A stretch of 64,000 nucleotides of DNA. Source: Octopus sinensis. Taxonomy: Eukaryota. Below are positions 36,510-50,070 of the stretch, piece after piece. How positions within the stretch are numbered: the stretch's first letter is position 1; every line of letters starts with the position of its first letter. Location of the stretch: NCBI RefSeq assembly GCF_006345805.1, contig NC_043004.1, positions 84,692,001 to 84,756,000 of the forward strand. The letters run 5' to 3'. The position numbers and the translations under genes are program-made. Under the pieces are notes generated by a model. That model saw nothing but the letters and a program-made list of their open reading frames with translations. It made no database searches and was not told the DNA's origin.

Positions 36510-39414
36510 TTAGATGAGGAGGGGGGGAGAGTTGAGACCAAATGGCGTATAAGAGCGAAGAGAGAAGATTAATTCCTGTTGACGGCGCAAACGGGAATCC
36601 GGATGGCCTCTGTGTAAGGACAAACCGAACACAGATAGGTGTTGCAAGTAGTGACCGGTGGAGCGGAAATGGCGTGAGACCGGTGTGTCGTTCGCAAGGT
36701 GGATGTCACGAAGGTGTTCCGCGAACCGGTCAGCCAAGCGGCGTCCCGTTTGTCCGATGTACAAGGAATTGCAGAGAGAGCAAGAGATGCAATAGATAAT
36801 ATTGCTGGAGGTGCATGTGAAGGAGTGGATGATGGGATAGGGTCGATGGTGGGTGCTAGTGAGGCGGGTGGTGTTGGAGAGGTAAGGGCAAGTGCGGCAA
36901 CGTGGGCGGGAGCAGGGGAACGAGCCGGGTTGGGAGGTAGGGTCAGGGAAGGAGCTATGGACCAAAAGGTCTCGAAGGTTGTGGGCTCGTTTGAAAGAGG
37001 GGAGGGGTCGGTTAGGGAAGAGGTGTGAAGTGGACGGGTCGGACTGGAGATGACGGAAAGCTCGAAGAATGGTGCGTTGGAGACGTAGGGTCGTGGGGTG
37101 GTAAGTGAGGGGAAAAGGGAGGCGGGAGACTCCAGGGCGGGTTCGGGGAAATAGAGCAGATACACGGTCCACGGACCGTGCTCTGGCAAGGGCGGTGTGG
37201 ATAGTGGTGAGGGGGTATCCACGTAGGGTGAAGTGGTGAGCCATACATTGAGACTGAGTCTCAAAGTCATGGTCGTCACTACAGAGCCTACGTAGACGGA
37301 GGAATTGGGAATAGGGGATGGAAAGCTTGGTGTGTTCTGGGTGGGAGGAAGAGAAGTTGAGGTATGAGTGTAAGTCTGTGTGTTTGTAGTGAATGGAGGT
37401 GGTAAGAGTGGAGTGAAGAATGCTAACCGAAATGTCGAGGAAGGAGACAGAGGTGTTGGAGATAGTGGAAGTGAAGCGGAGGGCTGGATGGAAAGATTGG
37501 ACGAAAGAGAGGAAGGAATCTAGATGTTCGCATGAGAGTGAGGTGGCACCGATAATGTCGTCAATATGACGACCATATAGTTCAGGAGTGGGACCAGTGA
37601 AATTAGAGAATATGTGGGCCTCAACATAGCCAACGAACAGGTTCGCATAGTTGGGGCCCATTCGCGTTCCCATGGCCACTCCCGAGATCTGATGGTAGAA
37701 CTCGCCCGCGAACGAGAAGCAGTTCAGAGTAAGGACAAGTTCGGCCAGACGAATGAGTGTGGAGGTGTCAGGTACAGGGTTAGAGCGGAGGTCAAGAAAG
37801 TGTCGAAGGGCCTGCAGTCCTTCGTGGTGAGGGATAACAGTATAGAGGCTTTGGATGTCCATTGTAAAAAGGATTTTGGAAGAGCCGGGAGGAAAGGAGA
37901 AAGAGTTGAAAAGCCGGAGAGCATGGTTGGTATCGTGGATGTGGGAGGGAAGAGATACCACTAGGGGGGCAAGGACACGGTCGAGGTATTTAGAGATGAG
38001 CTCCGTGGGGACAGTTACAGTCAGAGACGATGGGGCGGCCAGGGTTGTTGGGTTTGTGGATTTTGGGGAGGAAGTAAATGGTGGGGGTACGTGGGTTCGC
38101 ACAATTAGGTTGGATGCGGTGCGGGGGAGACGGGAGGACGAGATGAGGTCTTGGACAGTAGAGGATACCGTCTGTTGGTAGCTACGTGTGGGGTTAGAGG
38201 GCAGAGGGGAATAGAAGGAGGTGTCATTGAGTTGGCGGAAAGCCTCGGCCCTATAGAGGTCCGCGCGCCACACCACTACAGCTCCACCCTTGTCAGCCGG
38301 TTTGATGATAATGTCAGCGCGCCGTTGGAGGGAACGAAGAGCCAAGAGCTCAGCCGGGGAGATGTTGAGGCGGCGTTGGCGCCTGGAGAAGTTGAACCGC
38401 TCCAATGCACGCTGACAAGCGCCCGCGAAAAGATCCACTGCTAGGATCTGGCCAGGGGCAGGCGTCCACGGGGATGGTCGGCGGCCCAGGCCAGTGAAGC
38501 AGTTGTCCTCTTCGTGGGGTGTGGGTGGCGAGTCGTGGTAATGCGCACCCAACCGGACACGGCGCACAAAGCTGTGGACATCAACTCGCGTCTGGAATTC
38601 CTTACAGGATGGAGTGAGGGGGATGAAACGCAGACCCCTACCAAGGACGGAGCGTTCAGCCGCAGAGAGGGGAAGATCGGGGGGAATGGTAACAACAGAC
38701 GGAAGTGGAGAAGGGGTGGGTGGAATAGAAGTAGGAGGGGTGGTAGGTCTCGTGGAGGTCTGAGGGGGAGGGATTGGGGAGGGGGTGGGGTGGTTGGGCG
38801 GGGCAGTAGGGTTAGGTGTAGGTGGATGGAGCCTAACGGGAGGGGAGAAGGGGTTGTAGGGAGGGGCTGTGGGGTTAGGTGTGGGTGGATGGAGCCTATC
38901 GGGAGGGGAGAAGGGTGGTGGAGGGTTGGGGTAGTGGCGTCGGGTAGGGTGGAATGGAAGAGTGATTGGAGTTTACGAAGTTTGGTATCAGAATGAAATT
39001 GCTGGAAGAGTTGATTCAAATGGATAATGAAGCGTAGCGTGTTTGGAGCATAGAGAGGCGGCAGAGAGGAGAAGAATGTGGAGAAAGCAGGAGGAAGAAG
39101 GCGGTTGATGGCATGTAGTTTGGAGAGATTGGAGCGAATGGTGGCCCGCATAAGGCGGTAAGATGTGGTGCGGAGTATGGGTAAGATGGAAGAATCCGAG
39201 TGGAGAGCAGGGTGGAAGTGGAGGCGGAAACCTTTAGGGATGAGTCGGTGATGTAGGCAGCGGCTTAGGAAAGAGACATGGCTAGAGAAGCGGTTTTTTT
39301 AAAAAGAAGTAGAGAGAGATTAACGGACGGCTGAAGGCAATATACAGGAAGCGAACGTAGATGATCCTTCAAACGGTGATGGAGGGTGAGGAGGCAGGAC
39401 CTAGGATCCGGCAT
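36510..39414 (-). pseudogene. PLE polyprotein (N-terminal domain, RT, GIY-YIG endonuclease), ~960 codons, frameshifted as assembled
   Basis: Candidate ATG at 39414 (MPDPRSCLL); frameshifts near 39295 and in the 38.6-38.7 kb G-rich zone; a compensating -1/+1 pair scrambles the YFLPKIHK motif inside the 685-aa ORF; retains HIDD and YIGQTGR. Confidence 0.88.
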
Positions 39415-40038
39415 GATGGGATAGCGGAAAAAAAAACGTTCGAAAAAACAAAAAAAACAAAAAACAAAAATTATCGTATGAAAAAAATAGAAAAAAAGGA
39501 TAGCGAAAAAAGGGGAAAAAACAAACGTTCAAAAAAAGAAAAAAATAATAATCGTATGAAAAAACTAGATAAGTAAGCGATAGGGGCAGAAAAGACGGGG
39601 CAAACGGAAAAGGGAAAGAAAGAAGGGAAGCAGAGAGAGGTGGAGGCAAAAAAATGGGGGTCCAGGCAGAGGAAACGGAGTATGGACATCCAGAGAGGGA
39701 AGAAAGACGGAAAGGAGAACAAAAATTCAGGAAAATGTGGGAAGCATGACATGAATGTAAAAAAAGTGGTAATATAAGAGAAAATAAAAATACAACAAAC
39801 GGGACAGTTTATGCGAACAAGTTCAAGGTTGAAAGTTCAAGGTGAGAAATGTGTAGACGTCGTGGTATATTTTTTAAGGATTTCACATCAATGCAAAGTC
39901 ACTTTGATCCGCGAAAGAGAGGTGCAGCCAATGGTAAGTATCCAAGAGGTAAAGAAAATCCAAGGTAGAGGTAAGTGTTGATAGTAGTATTGGTAGAATA
40001 TAGGATGAAAGTGAGACCACGTGAGCGCATAATATATA

Positions 40039-40407
40039 ACGGGAAGCTTTATGAAAATAAACAAAAGACGAAGGCAGGTGGAAAACAGACGAACAATTGT
40101 ATCAGTATGGCGCTCAGGAAATATAAATAAAACAAGTCTTTAACGTTTCGAGCCTACGCTCTTCAACAGAAAGATACACAGAGAGAGAAAAACACAGAAA
40201 GAAGGAGAGAAAAAAAATGCGTGCAGTAGCTAACGAATCAACATGGCGATCTGATTTCGGCCAGAGGTCAAAGATCAAACATGAGACGCGAGAGCGAAAT
40301 AAGGGGAGATAATAGGGTTGATAAATGGGTTGAGGGACCAGCTAAAAGTGCGTGGGAGGGGTCTGGATGTGTGTATGTATAGGGTTGGTGTATGTATTAG
40401 TATGTAT

Positions 40408-40452
<45 letters not shown>

Positions 40453-40613
40453 AGAGAGTATTAGTGCGTAAGATTGGTCTGGACGTGCGTATGTATTAGT
40501 ACGTATTGGTATGTATAGGTGTGTGTGTGTGTGTGAGAGAGTATAAGTGCGTATGCGGGGTCTGGACGTGTGTATGTGTAGGGTTGGTGTAAGTATTAGT
40601 ATGTACTAGTATG

Positions 40614-40618
<5 letters not shown>
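40039..40618 (-). repeat. Upstream (5') pseudo-LTR of PLE copy 2
   Basis: Direct repeat of the element 3' end that terminates at the same base (..AAGCTTCCCGT on the minus strand). Confidence 0.92.
40137..40174 (-). ncRNA. Hammerhead-like motif in the 5' pseudo-LTR of PLE copy 2
   Basis: Identical 38-nt sequence to the other two copies. Confidence 0.7.
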
Positions 40619-40679
<61 letters not shown>

Positions 40680-43317
40680 CTATGTGTATATATATATATA
40701 TATATATATTCCTCCACACCACTACAAACTCAATATCACTATAAAATGGTCAAAACTTTTCACAAAGGGAACTTAGTTTGATTTGAAAACCCCAATAGAA
40801 TGAGAGAAAGCGCTAAAACATGATCTATCTTATATGATCTATAAAAACATGTAATATACAAATAAATATCTGTAAATATAAAACCATCAGAATTTGTGAG
40901 TACCTCATTTCTTCTAATATATATATATATATATATATTTGTGCAGTACAAAGTTTATGACATGTACAAATATATATGTACAGGTATATATATAGATAAA
41001 TTTATATATGTGTGAGTGGGTTTATACTTATGCATATGTATGTATGTAAGTGCCTGTGAGTGCCTGCGTATATTGCATTTGCGTATATACAGAAACGACA
41101 TGAGGTGGATAAAGAAATAAAGATGTAAACATTCACTTTATGTTCAATTGATGAAATATATTATTGAATACATAAACAAATATACTTGAATATCGTTGTT
41201 TAGATCTGACTTCATGATTATATTAAATTACAGAATTATTATGGTTTCAGTTATCTTTATATGTTAAGGTTTATTTTGATTTAATTTCGCTCAAGGATCT
41301 TTGTTAATACATGCTGTTCATGCGTCATTGTTGTCTTATGTTTGTTATTCTGATACCTGTGAGTATGGGATAAATATCAACCACTGTGCATATTATTCAA
41401 ATTTCCTATTTGCACAATGTGTCAGCAAATATATTGGTCACTGAACATCGTACACAATTGACATTCTCCTTCCCGTAATCTGCGTTATAGGAAGAACGGA
41501 ACTTATCCATATGTTCGAGTTAAACGTATATTCGAGAATATTTGGAGAAAACTTAACTCGTATCTCAAAGTAAATTGGAATTATAATAGACTAACGTTTG
41601 AATCTACGTTACCAAAAACAAGAGAACATCGGAATTTTCCACGAGGATGATGAAAGATTTCGTAAACATTATAGTAGACAATTTAGGAAATAAAATGAAG
41701 GAATTGTATATAAAAGTTATATAATTAATTTTATATATAAAAAAAAACACCATATGTATTAGAAGATGGAAACTGCAACAATAATCTCTGTCACTTCATC
41801 CATGTAATTGTTGCTAATACGTTAAACTTGTTAAATACTTCTTTGGGGGGATAATTAGCCATATATATTGTCTCGGGTTTTATGCACAGATGGTAAAAAT
41901 CAATAAATATTTCGAAAATTATCCACGGCAGTATTAAACGGTTTCATGGATTGCTGTGTTATTGAAATAAAGGAAATGACCCAGTAAAATATATTAAGAG
42001 AACGCAATGGAAAATAAGTAAAAATTACAATAAAAAAAAAGATATAAGTGTTTGGAAAGAATCAGGGATGGAGAGACTTCAAAATTTATGAATTACACTA
42101 GACAAACGCTCTAAATGAGAGAGGAACATTTAAGATGAACGGTTATTTTATCATCACGTCAAAATTAAGGTGTAGTCCTATCGTTAATCTAGGTGATGCT
42201 GAATTGGTGCGCATAGCGACGCCGAAATATAAGCAGAATATTTAATATATATCGCTTGAATTTCAGCTGAAACAGATTATCTTATCACAACATTTTTGCG
42301 TGAGGCACCCAATGTAAGAGCATACACATATCTAGTAGAGAATAATTGGAAAAATAAGGAAAAATGTTATAAACACAGCTACGAGACATGGAGAAATCAA
42401 ACGAATGTATCCTGGCTTCAACCACATCACAAATAACCATGATAGTTGTGAGGGAAATGGGAAATATGAAGAGAGGTTCTAAGAAATAAAATCTAAACTA
42501 CAAATGGGGAAACAAAGACTTGATAAAATATTTCGTGAAAATATCCAGCATTCTCAAAACATGAAATAACTAAACGAAGTGGGAACAGAGAGAGACATAA
42601 CACTGTACTGGATAAGAAGTATCATATGTTACATGTACAATTCAGACTGAAATAGTCTTTGTGGTATGATATTACCTAAAATGTCGCTCAAGGAAAAGAA
42701 TGAAATAGTATATTTAGTCGGGATATATTAACTTCCGATTGAGAAGGATTTAGGACGAAACAGTATTTCTTCTGGTCGGAAGCGGATAACCGTTTTGAGA
42801 ATTCAGGTACTACAAATAGTATAATATTTATCACATAGGTACAGGATTGTGGTATTGACATTATAGCGAAGTACAATTATTTTAAGATAATTAATACTGT
42901 AGAATTTGGTGTTATAATGTACATGCATAACAATTTTTTTTGTGGTCTTCAAGCTTTAAGGAACAAGGGAAAATATATTTTGACAGCGTCAAAAACATTT
43001 TAAATCTCACCTCAGATCATACCAAAATATGTGTGGCTGCCAATCTATATAAAGGTAAACCAAACATACCGCCAGGTGGTATGAGACAGAACTTCTCGAC
43101 ACAAATGTCTCTAAGCTGTAATACGAAAGATCTACAACCAATAGCATTATATTCTCCCCAATAACACACTCAATGATTCTATTCCTCTCTTCCGTGTGAA
43201 CTAGAGATGACTGAGTTTTAGTGACCAATCTGAAAATGCATTCGTTGTTGTTGTTGACTAAATTTATTTTTCATAGGAACACATGTTACGTGATGGCGTT
43301 GAATGCAGTTTCCCTTT

Positions 43318-43610
43318 ATCTTTTATTTGTTTTGAATCATTTGGCGGTAGCCACGCTGGAACACCACCATCGAGATTTTAGTTGAACACATCTAGCCTAG
43401 TATTTACTTTTGTGTCTCCTTTTGACAAATTGCTAGGTTAGGGTGAAGGAAATAAGTCAAGACAAGTTGTAGTGTTTTCAACTACTAAATTCATAGTTGA
43501 CTCGGCGCTAAAACAGAAGACACTTTTCTAGGATACTACACAGTTGGACTGGACCCGTAACTGCGTAGTTGCAAGGAGGACTTCTTACCCACAATCCCAT
43601 GTCTGCACCT
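43318..43610 (-). mobile_element. SINE family A, old and decayed
   Basis: Reverse-complement similarity to the family-A tail (gccacgctggaacaccacc) and head (gaagacactt..cttacccacaatccc). Confidence 0.6.
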
Positions 43611-46600
43611 ACGAATATATTCATAATATGGATACTAAATCGATTACACAAGCAAAGAAAAATAAAAGAGTTTCATAAAACTGTAAAACGCCGGACCGCT
43701 GTTTACACCTAAATCGACGAATCAGACAAGCTGATAGCACATTGTCAAACAACAGAGGTAAAATAAGCTTGTATCCCTGTCGCGTTAATATTCCATTTAA
43801 ATTTTGAAGAGATGTTCTCTTCAAATTGTCGAAATTGGGAAACGGTGTCTATAACTTTCAGGACAGAATTTCTGCGTATCCGTAAACGATATATGGTAAG
43901 GGGTGTATACAACCCCTATATTATCGACATGCAGTTTTGTCTCGTCTGTGTATACGCTACATCTATACACTGCAGAGTTTCGTATCAATATATACGTGGT
44001 ATAAATGTAATATAATATCACTGATTTGCATACAAAGCGCAAACAACGGCTTGAAAAAGACATATCATATACTCATATGAAAAACGAATACTCTTCGGAA
44101 AGTGTCAATGATATATTACCATAGAACATCCTTACAAATACAGAACAGTGCATAATGAACAATATGTCTAAGATTTCTTTACAACGAAAATTGACATTAG
44201 TTAAATTTACAATCGATATAACGACAGCAAACATATAAAATGTTACATAAAATTGAATTGCATTATTATTTTTCACCGATGTAGCTGTCGAATTAAAGGC
44301 AATATTGTACATAACGAAAGTTTAAATTACTGGCTTCTAACCGGGAAAGTTTCACTGTTAAACGCCAATTACGTAAATGTGATGTAAGATTAGTTTAACG
44401 ACGGGGTTGATAATCAATATGACATATGTCCCCCTCGTAAATATATGTTTAAGACTTGCTGCTAATGTAGTTTATAACAATGCAAAATTAGGGAAACGTT
44501 GAATTTAATAAATCTCTGATCATATCATTCGTACATTTTTTATACACTATTTGTAAGGGGAAAATATTTAAAATATGAATTATAACAAAACGATAACGAA
44601 ATGAATATTTAGCAGAATTGACGTTTATAAATAAATTACTATTCACCAGTGACCCTTACTTTCGTTATAAATAACCGTTTAGAAATAGTAAATGTTCATA
44701 ATGAGATAGAAGTGTGTGTAAGTACGTGTTTGAAGCAGTTAAAGAAATTGAAATTTAATATGTGAGTTAATTTGTTAAGATGAAAGAACAGTCGCGAGTG
44801 AGGTAGAGCGAGAAGGGATATATGTGGGAAGCACACGGAGAGGTAAGTAGTGAAACAGTAGGAAAAAAGAATCGTGTGAGAGTATGTAAGGTGGGTGGAT
44901 GAAAAGAAGAGGGGACGTGTTAAAAGAAATGGAAGCAAATATGAAAGATTAAATGAAAGGTATAAGGAGGTATTAGAAAGTATACAGTCAAGAGGTGCAG
45001 TGAGAGAGACAGAGAGAGACTGAGAGGACATGAAAGGGTGAAATAAATGGTGAGAGATAGAGAAAGTGAGCGAAAAAGAGAAAGAGAGATTGACATATGA
45101 AATTATATTCATTTGGTAAAGAGGTGGAAAGAATGGATGACGTTTGTGGAAGCTTTTGTTTTTAATATAATGAATTAGAAAGTAAAAGAGCTATGAAAGA
45201 GTGATACGGAGATTACATACACAAATACATACAAATGTCTATGTTACGTATATATATATATATATATATGTAAACGTATATAAATATTTATACACATATG
45301 TATATATGTATACATATGCATATATATATATATATATATATACATATATTTACACATTTACACACATTTATATGTTAACGTATGTATATGTACATGTATA
45401 TATATATTTAGAGAGAGAGAGAGAGGGACAGACAGACAGACAGACAAACAGACAGAGAATCAGGCAGAGAGAGGATGCGACAGATAATGTATTAGATACA
45501 TGAAGAGATATATAGATAGAGAGCTACATAGAAAGATATACACGTATGTATTAATGCATTGTTGAGCTAAGTCAACGTTAGATTGAGATGTAGTGAAAGT
45601 GTGAGGCTTAGACACACACACACACACACACAGAAGAAATGTGGAAAAATAAAGCACACTTCACATCACTTTTGTTTCCTAAATATATATTCTACATTTA
45701 TCTAATTCTATTTTCTATTATCTTGAACTGTGATGTTATTGTTTGCGTTCTTAAGCGATTACTTGGTTTTGTTTTGACGATTATATTGTTGTGTCTTTCG
45801 AGATATTTTTTTTTCGATTTGTAATTAACTTTTATTTTCTTTCTTTTCTGTCAATGATTTGTTTTGCTTTATACAAGGAAATCGTTTTATACTGCAGAAT
45901 AAAGTCTGAATAAAAATAAAAAAAAATTAATATTTTTTTCTATTTTATATATAATGAAAATTACCATTTATGATTGTTCAATACAGACCGGTTCTCTTGT
46001 TCCTTTACGTCATATCATATTTAGTTATTTCGTTTTCCTGCCGCTTCCTAATGCATAAGTGCATAAAAAACAAACACCCATACATAAAATTTCACATGTT
46101 ATACGTTGATATATATATATATATATGGATAAATAGATATAGATATGTGTGTGTATATATATACATAGATACACTTATATTTATATATATATATATATAT
46201 ATATTTATGTATATATATATATGTATGTATATATATAAAGATATATGTATATATATATACAAACACTTTCACACATACGCATGCAAATACAGATATACAT
46301 ATTTATATGCAGAAACATATATACGTATATATGTTCAAGCACGCATGTACGTATATCTATCCATCCATCTATCAACATAACTGTCTACCTCTCAATCCAT
46401 CTATTTATCTATCAAACTATGCATATATGTTTTCGCGTGTGTGTAAATACATCCATAAATGTGTACAGAAACGAAGACACTGTCCAGTGATCACTCTATC
46501 TTTCTCTCTTTTCTCTCTCCCTCTCTCTCTCTCTCTCACACGCACACACTCAGACATGCTTATATGCGCACAGCCTCGCAGACAAATCGAAATGTACGTA

Positions 46601-47019
46601 GGGGTGGTAAGCTTTGTAGTTGTGTATGTGTAAATGGCTCTGATATTTTTTTAATGTTCTTTGAAAGAAGTTCATTCTTCTGGTTATAATCTTTTATTCC
46701 ATAAAATGTACGCGATCATGTGTGTGCGTTTAGGCTTCTGCGTTCGTTCACAGAAACAATAAACTTATCTTACAGGCATTAATACTAAGTGTACTGAAGA
46801 AACGTACTTGTTTATGGGTGTTTTCATGAATCTACCGCAATATATATGTTTTTCTCTAGCCATTAATGTTATGAAATTTCATTTACTTTAATTTATGTTT
46901 TCCATTTTCTGTGATGCAATAACAGCCTACATTTTAATGTGATGGTAAGATGTACTTCGTGTTGAATAATCAAGTGATGTAAATGTATGTAGGAAGATTT
47001 ATTAAAGAAATATTAATAT

Positions 47020-47030
47020 ATTGATGGCAA

Positions 47031-47092
<62 letters not shown>

Positions 47093-47245
47093 CGGTATAA
47101 TGACTATCACCATTGTCAACCACATTATTGTTATTCATATTACATTCATCATTGTCATCGCCATCGTCATCATCATTATTACGATGATCATCATACTCGT
47201 CGTGGCCCTTGTCATTGTTATTAATATTAATCATTATTATTATTA
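47020..47245. repeat. (ATT)n/(CAT)n microsatellite
   Basis: Direct reading. Confidence 0.9.
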
Positions 47246-47249
47246 TGTC

Positions 47250-47710
<461 letters not shown>

Positions 47711-47756
47711 CTTTTTCGAACTGCATTTCGGTAGGAAACGTGTTTCTTCGGAACAA

Positions 47757-48113
47757 ATTTAACAATTAAGGATAAAATCTTAATAAGAAATCTTAACAAG
47801 AAATTATCAGGTAGTTAGCGTAGATAATACGTTAATTGCGAAATCACAGGTGATCTGGAACTAAATTCTGTTTCTAAATGTCTTGCTTCGAGAGCTGTAT
47901 TCGGTACGATTCGATTATTTTTGGTAGTAATGACTTTGAAAGTCTCTCCTAGCGTGTGTCATTTATGTGTAATAATGCCCTCTATACAATATAAAGAAAT
48001 ATTTTCAAGTGAAAACATTTTCAGATTTTTTCTCTTATGAGGTTTTTCACGCTAACTACCTGATAATTTCTTGTTAAGATTTCTTATTAAGATTTTAACC
48101 TTAATTGTTAAAT
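47757..48113. repeat. 65-bp near-perfect inverted repeat pair enclosing ~227 bp
   Basis: 47757-47821 and 48049-48113 are reverse complements with one mismatch; a related single arm lies at ~56450-56500. Confidence 0.9.
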
Positions 48114-49629
48114 ATACATACATATACATACATATGCATTTACACACGCATATGTGTGTGTGTACGTCTTTGTGTCTTTGTGGTCCATCTCTGCGATAAA
48201 TTATGTGTGATCAATTTAAACAGAGTTCCTTATTTATAAACAAAATTTACATTTTTCAACAACTAATGCATTAATTAAGAAATGATGCCTACATATGTGA
48301 CATCTTATCATTGTAAATGAAAATAATATTTTACATCTTACAGGTTTCGAAACAAACCTGGTTTTCTGACCACGTCCGTGGAAATCAAACGCCGACAAAG
48401 ATACGATGTATTTCGTACTATTAAATACATTTATCTATCGCTATATATTTTTTGTTTATATTATTCAATGAGTAGTGACTAAAACTTTTAACGAAACCCA
48501 ATATATCAGTTATTATCCGGAACAGAGATTTTCTTGCTTACAATGCAATATAAAATACTTCATTTATTGATAATATTTTCTTACATTGAAAAACTCATAA
48601 AAACTCTGGGCTATAAACCATAACTATTTATATATACAATAATTCACAAATAATCTAGTAATTTCGTAAACACAACTTATATTACATAATACACTCTTCA
48701 ATAGAATATCAATTCTCCGACCATTTACAGTCAGAACATAAAAGAAGGATAATTAAAAGTAGATAAACAATCTTATCAGTGTGTCTTGTGTAGTTATACG
48801 TTGACATTTAATGAAATTAAACTCACAAAAATAAATTATTTTCATTGTAAATGCGCTTACGATTGCCTATGTTTTTTTTCATTTGGTCCACTTTTTTCGT
48901 TTGCTATTTTTATAAATGCCTCGAACAGAGATAAAATAATTGATTATACAGTCTTGTGTAAATACACGATATGTTTTAATTTTGTATTAATCGAAATTAG
49001 TATAGGTATATACTAAGAGAAAATCTAATCTGAGTTACATAGACAAGACTCATGCCACTAGAGACGCAAACGTATTAGTGAATTTCAGATCTACTATATG
49101 CGTATATTGACTTACGCTCGTGCATATAGATTTTTATGTATATGCATAAGTATAAATTTATGGATGCGAATACACACACACATATCTACCACGGTCACTG
49201 CCACATCGATATTCTTCCCTCTGCCGTAAAGCTTAATTCCCAACACGCCAGCTGCATTCAATTCGTCCCCTGTCGAAAGACGCCTGTTGTTACGTCTTGT
49301 TATTATTATTACTATTGTTTTTGTATTATTTTCGCATTTATATTCGTGTAACATCGTCCGTCTTAACGTCCTTGTTTCGTATACAGTCCATGCTTTTTTC
49401 CAAGGAATCTAAAGCTTTTAGCTTAGTTTTTCCTTGGGGCTGGCCTGATTGGAGCAATCTCAAGATTAATCAACGGAAATTGCGAGAATGATCATGGTCT
49501 TGACTGAATATAAAAGGCTTCGAATGACTCGTCCGTTTTCGTTTGTATTGTTTATCTGGATGTTTTGTTGTCCCTTTTTGTATCACCTAATTGTCCGGAT
49601 GTTTTGCGTTCTTGTCCCGTTTTGTATTT

Positions 49630-49721
<92 letters not shown>

Positions 49722-49744
49722 GTATATATATTTAGCTGAGAAAC

Positions 49745-50070
49745 GGGGACTTCTGCAGGAGGGATATGAAAGCACTTGGCATCAACACCAATTCTTGTGA
49801 GGATCTCGCAGCCGACGGAACCAGTGGCAGAGGTACTCTTCGCAAAAAACTGCAAACCAGCGAAGATAAATATGAGGGTGGCGGCAGCTTAAAACCGAGC
49901 CCGCAGAAAATAAATTACAGCCAACAGATCGGAATCAACGTATAGGTGTGACCTCTGCAAACGAAACTGCCACGCTCGAATCGGTCTGTACAGCCACATG
50001 AGGCGTTGCAAAAACTGAATAGACAACTCAACGGACGGATGACATCATCTATGGTCAGACATGACCGACG
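49745..50070 (+). mobile_element. RTE-clade LINE 3' end
   Basis: RDMKALGINTNS..LAAD..W, then YRCDLCKRNCHARIGLYSHMRRC* and a 3' UTR catctatggtcagacatgaccgacggaggcc. Confidence 0.85.

Larger units (their letters stand above)
35537..40618 (-). mobile_element. Penelope-like element copy 2, apparently full length: partial 5' pseudo-LTR + 5' UTR + ORF + 3' UTR/pseudo-LTR
   Basis: 40039-40618 is a direct repeat of 35537-~36140; N-terminal PLE motif FLSRCLHHRLIPKGF; RT and GIY-YIG domains; TA-rich flanks. Confidence 0.95.

Noticed and set aside
36510-38567. 685-aa ORF as an intact functional PLE protein
   Set aside because: It lacks the N-terminal ~280 codons, and a compensating frameshift pair scrambles the YFLPKIHK/PGRPIVS RT motifs.
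39414-40038. Retained intron in the PLE 5' UTR (known in some PLEs)
   Set aside because: A possible acceptor near 39566 but no convincing donor, and the region looks error-prone.
43862-43895. Candidate 34-nt plus-strand micro-exon (tttcag/..ATG|gtaagg; TEFLRIRKRYM)
   Set aside because: Plausible splice signals but no recognisable protein and no compatible neighbouring exons; needs RNA-seq.
48344-48407. Candidate plus-strand exon (FRNKPGFLTTSVEIKRRQRYD)
   Set aside because: Weak donor (GTATTT) and no recognisable product.
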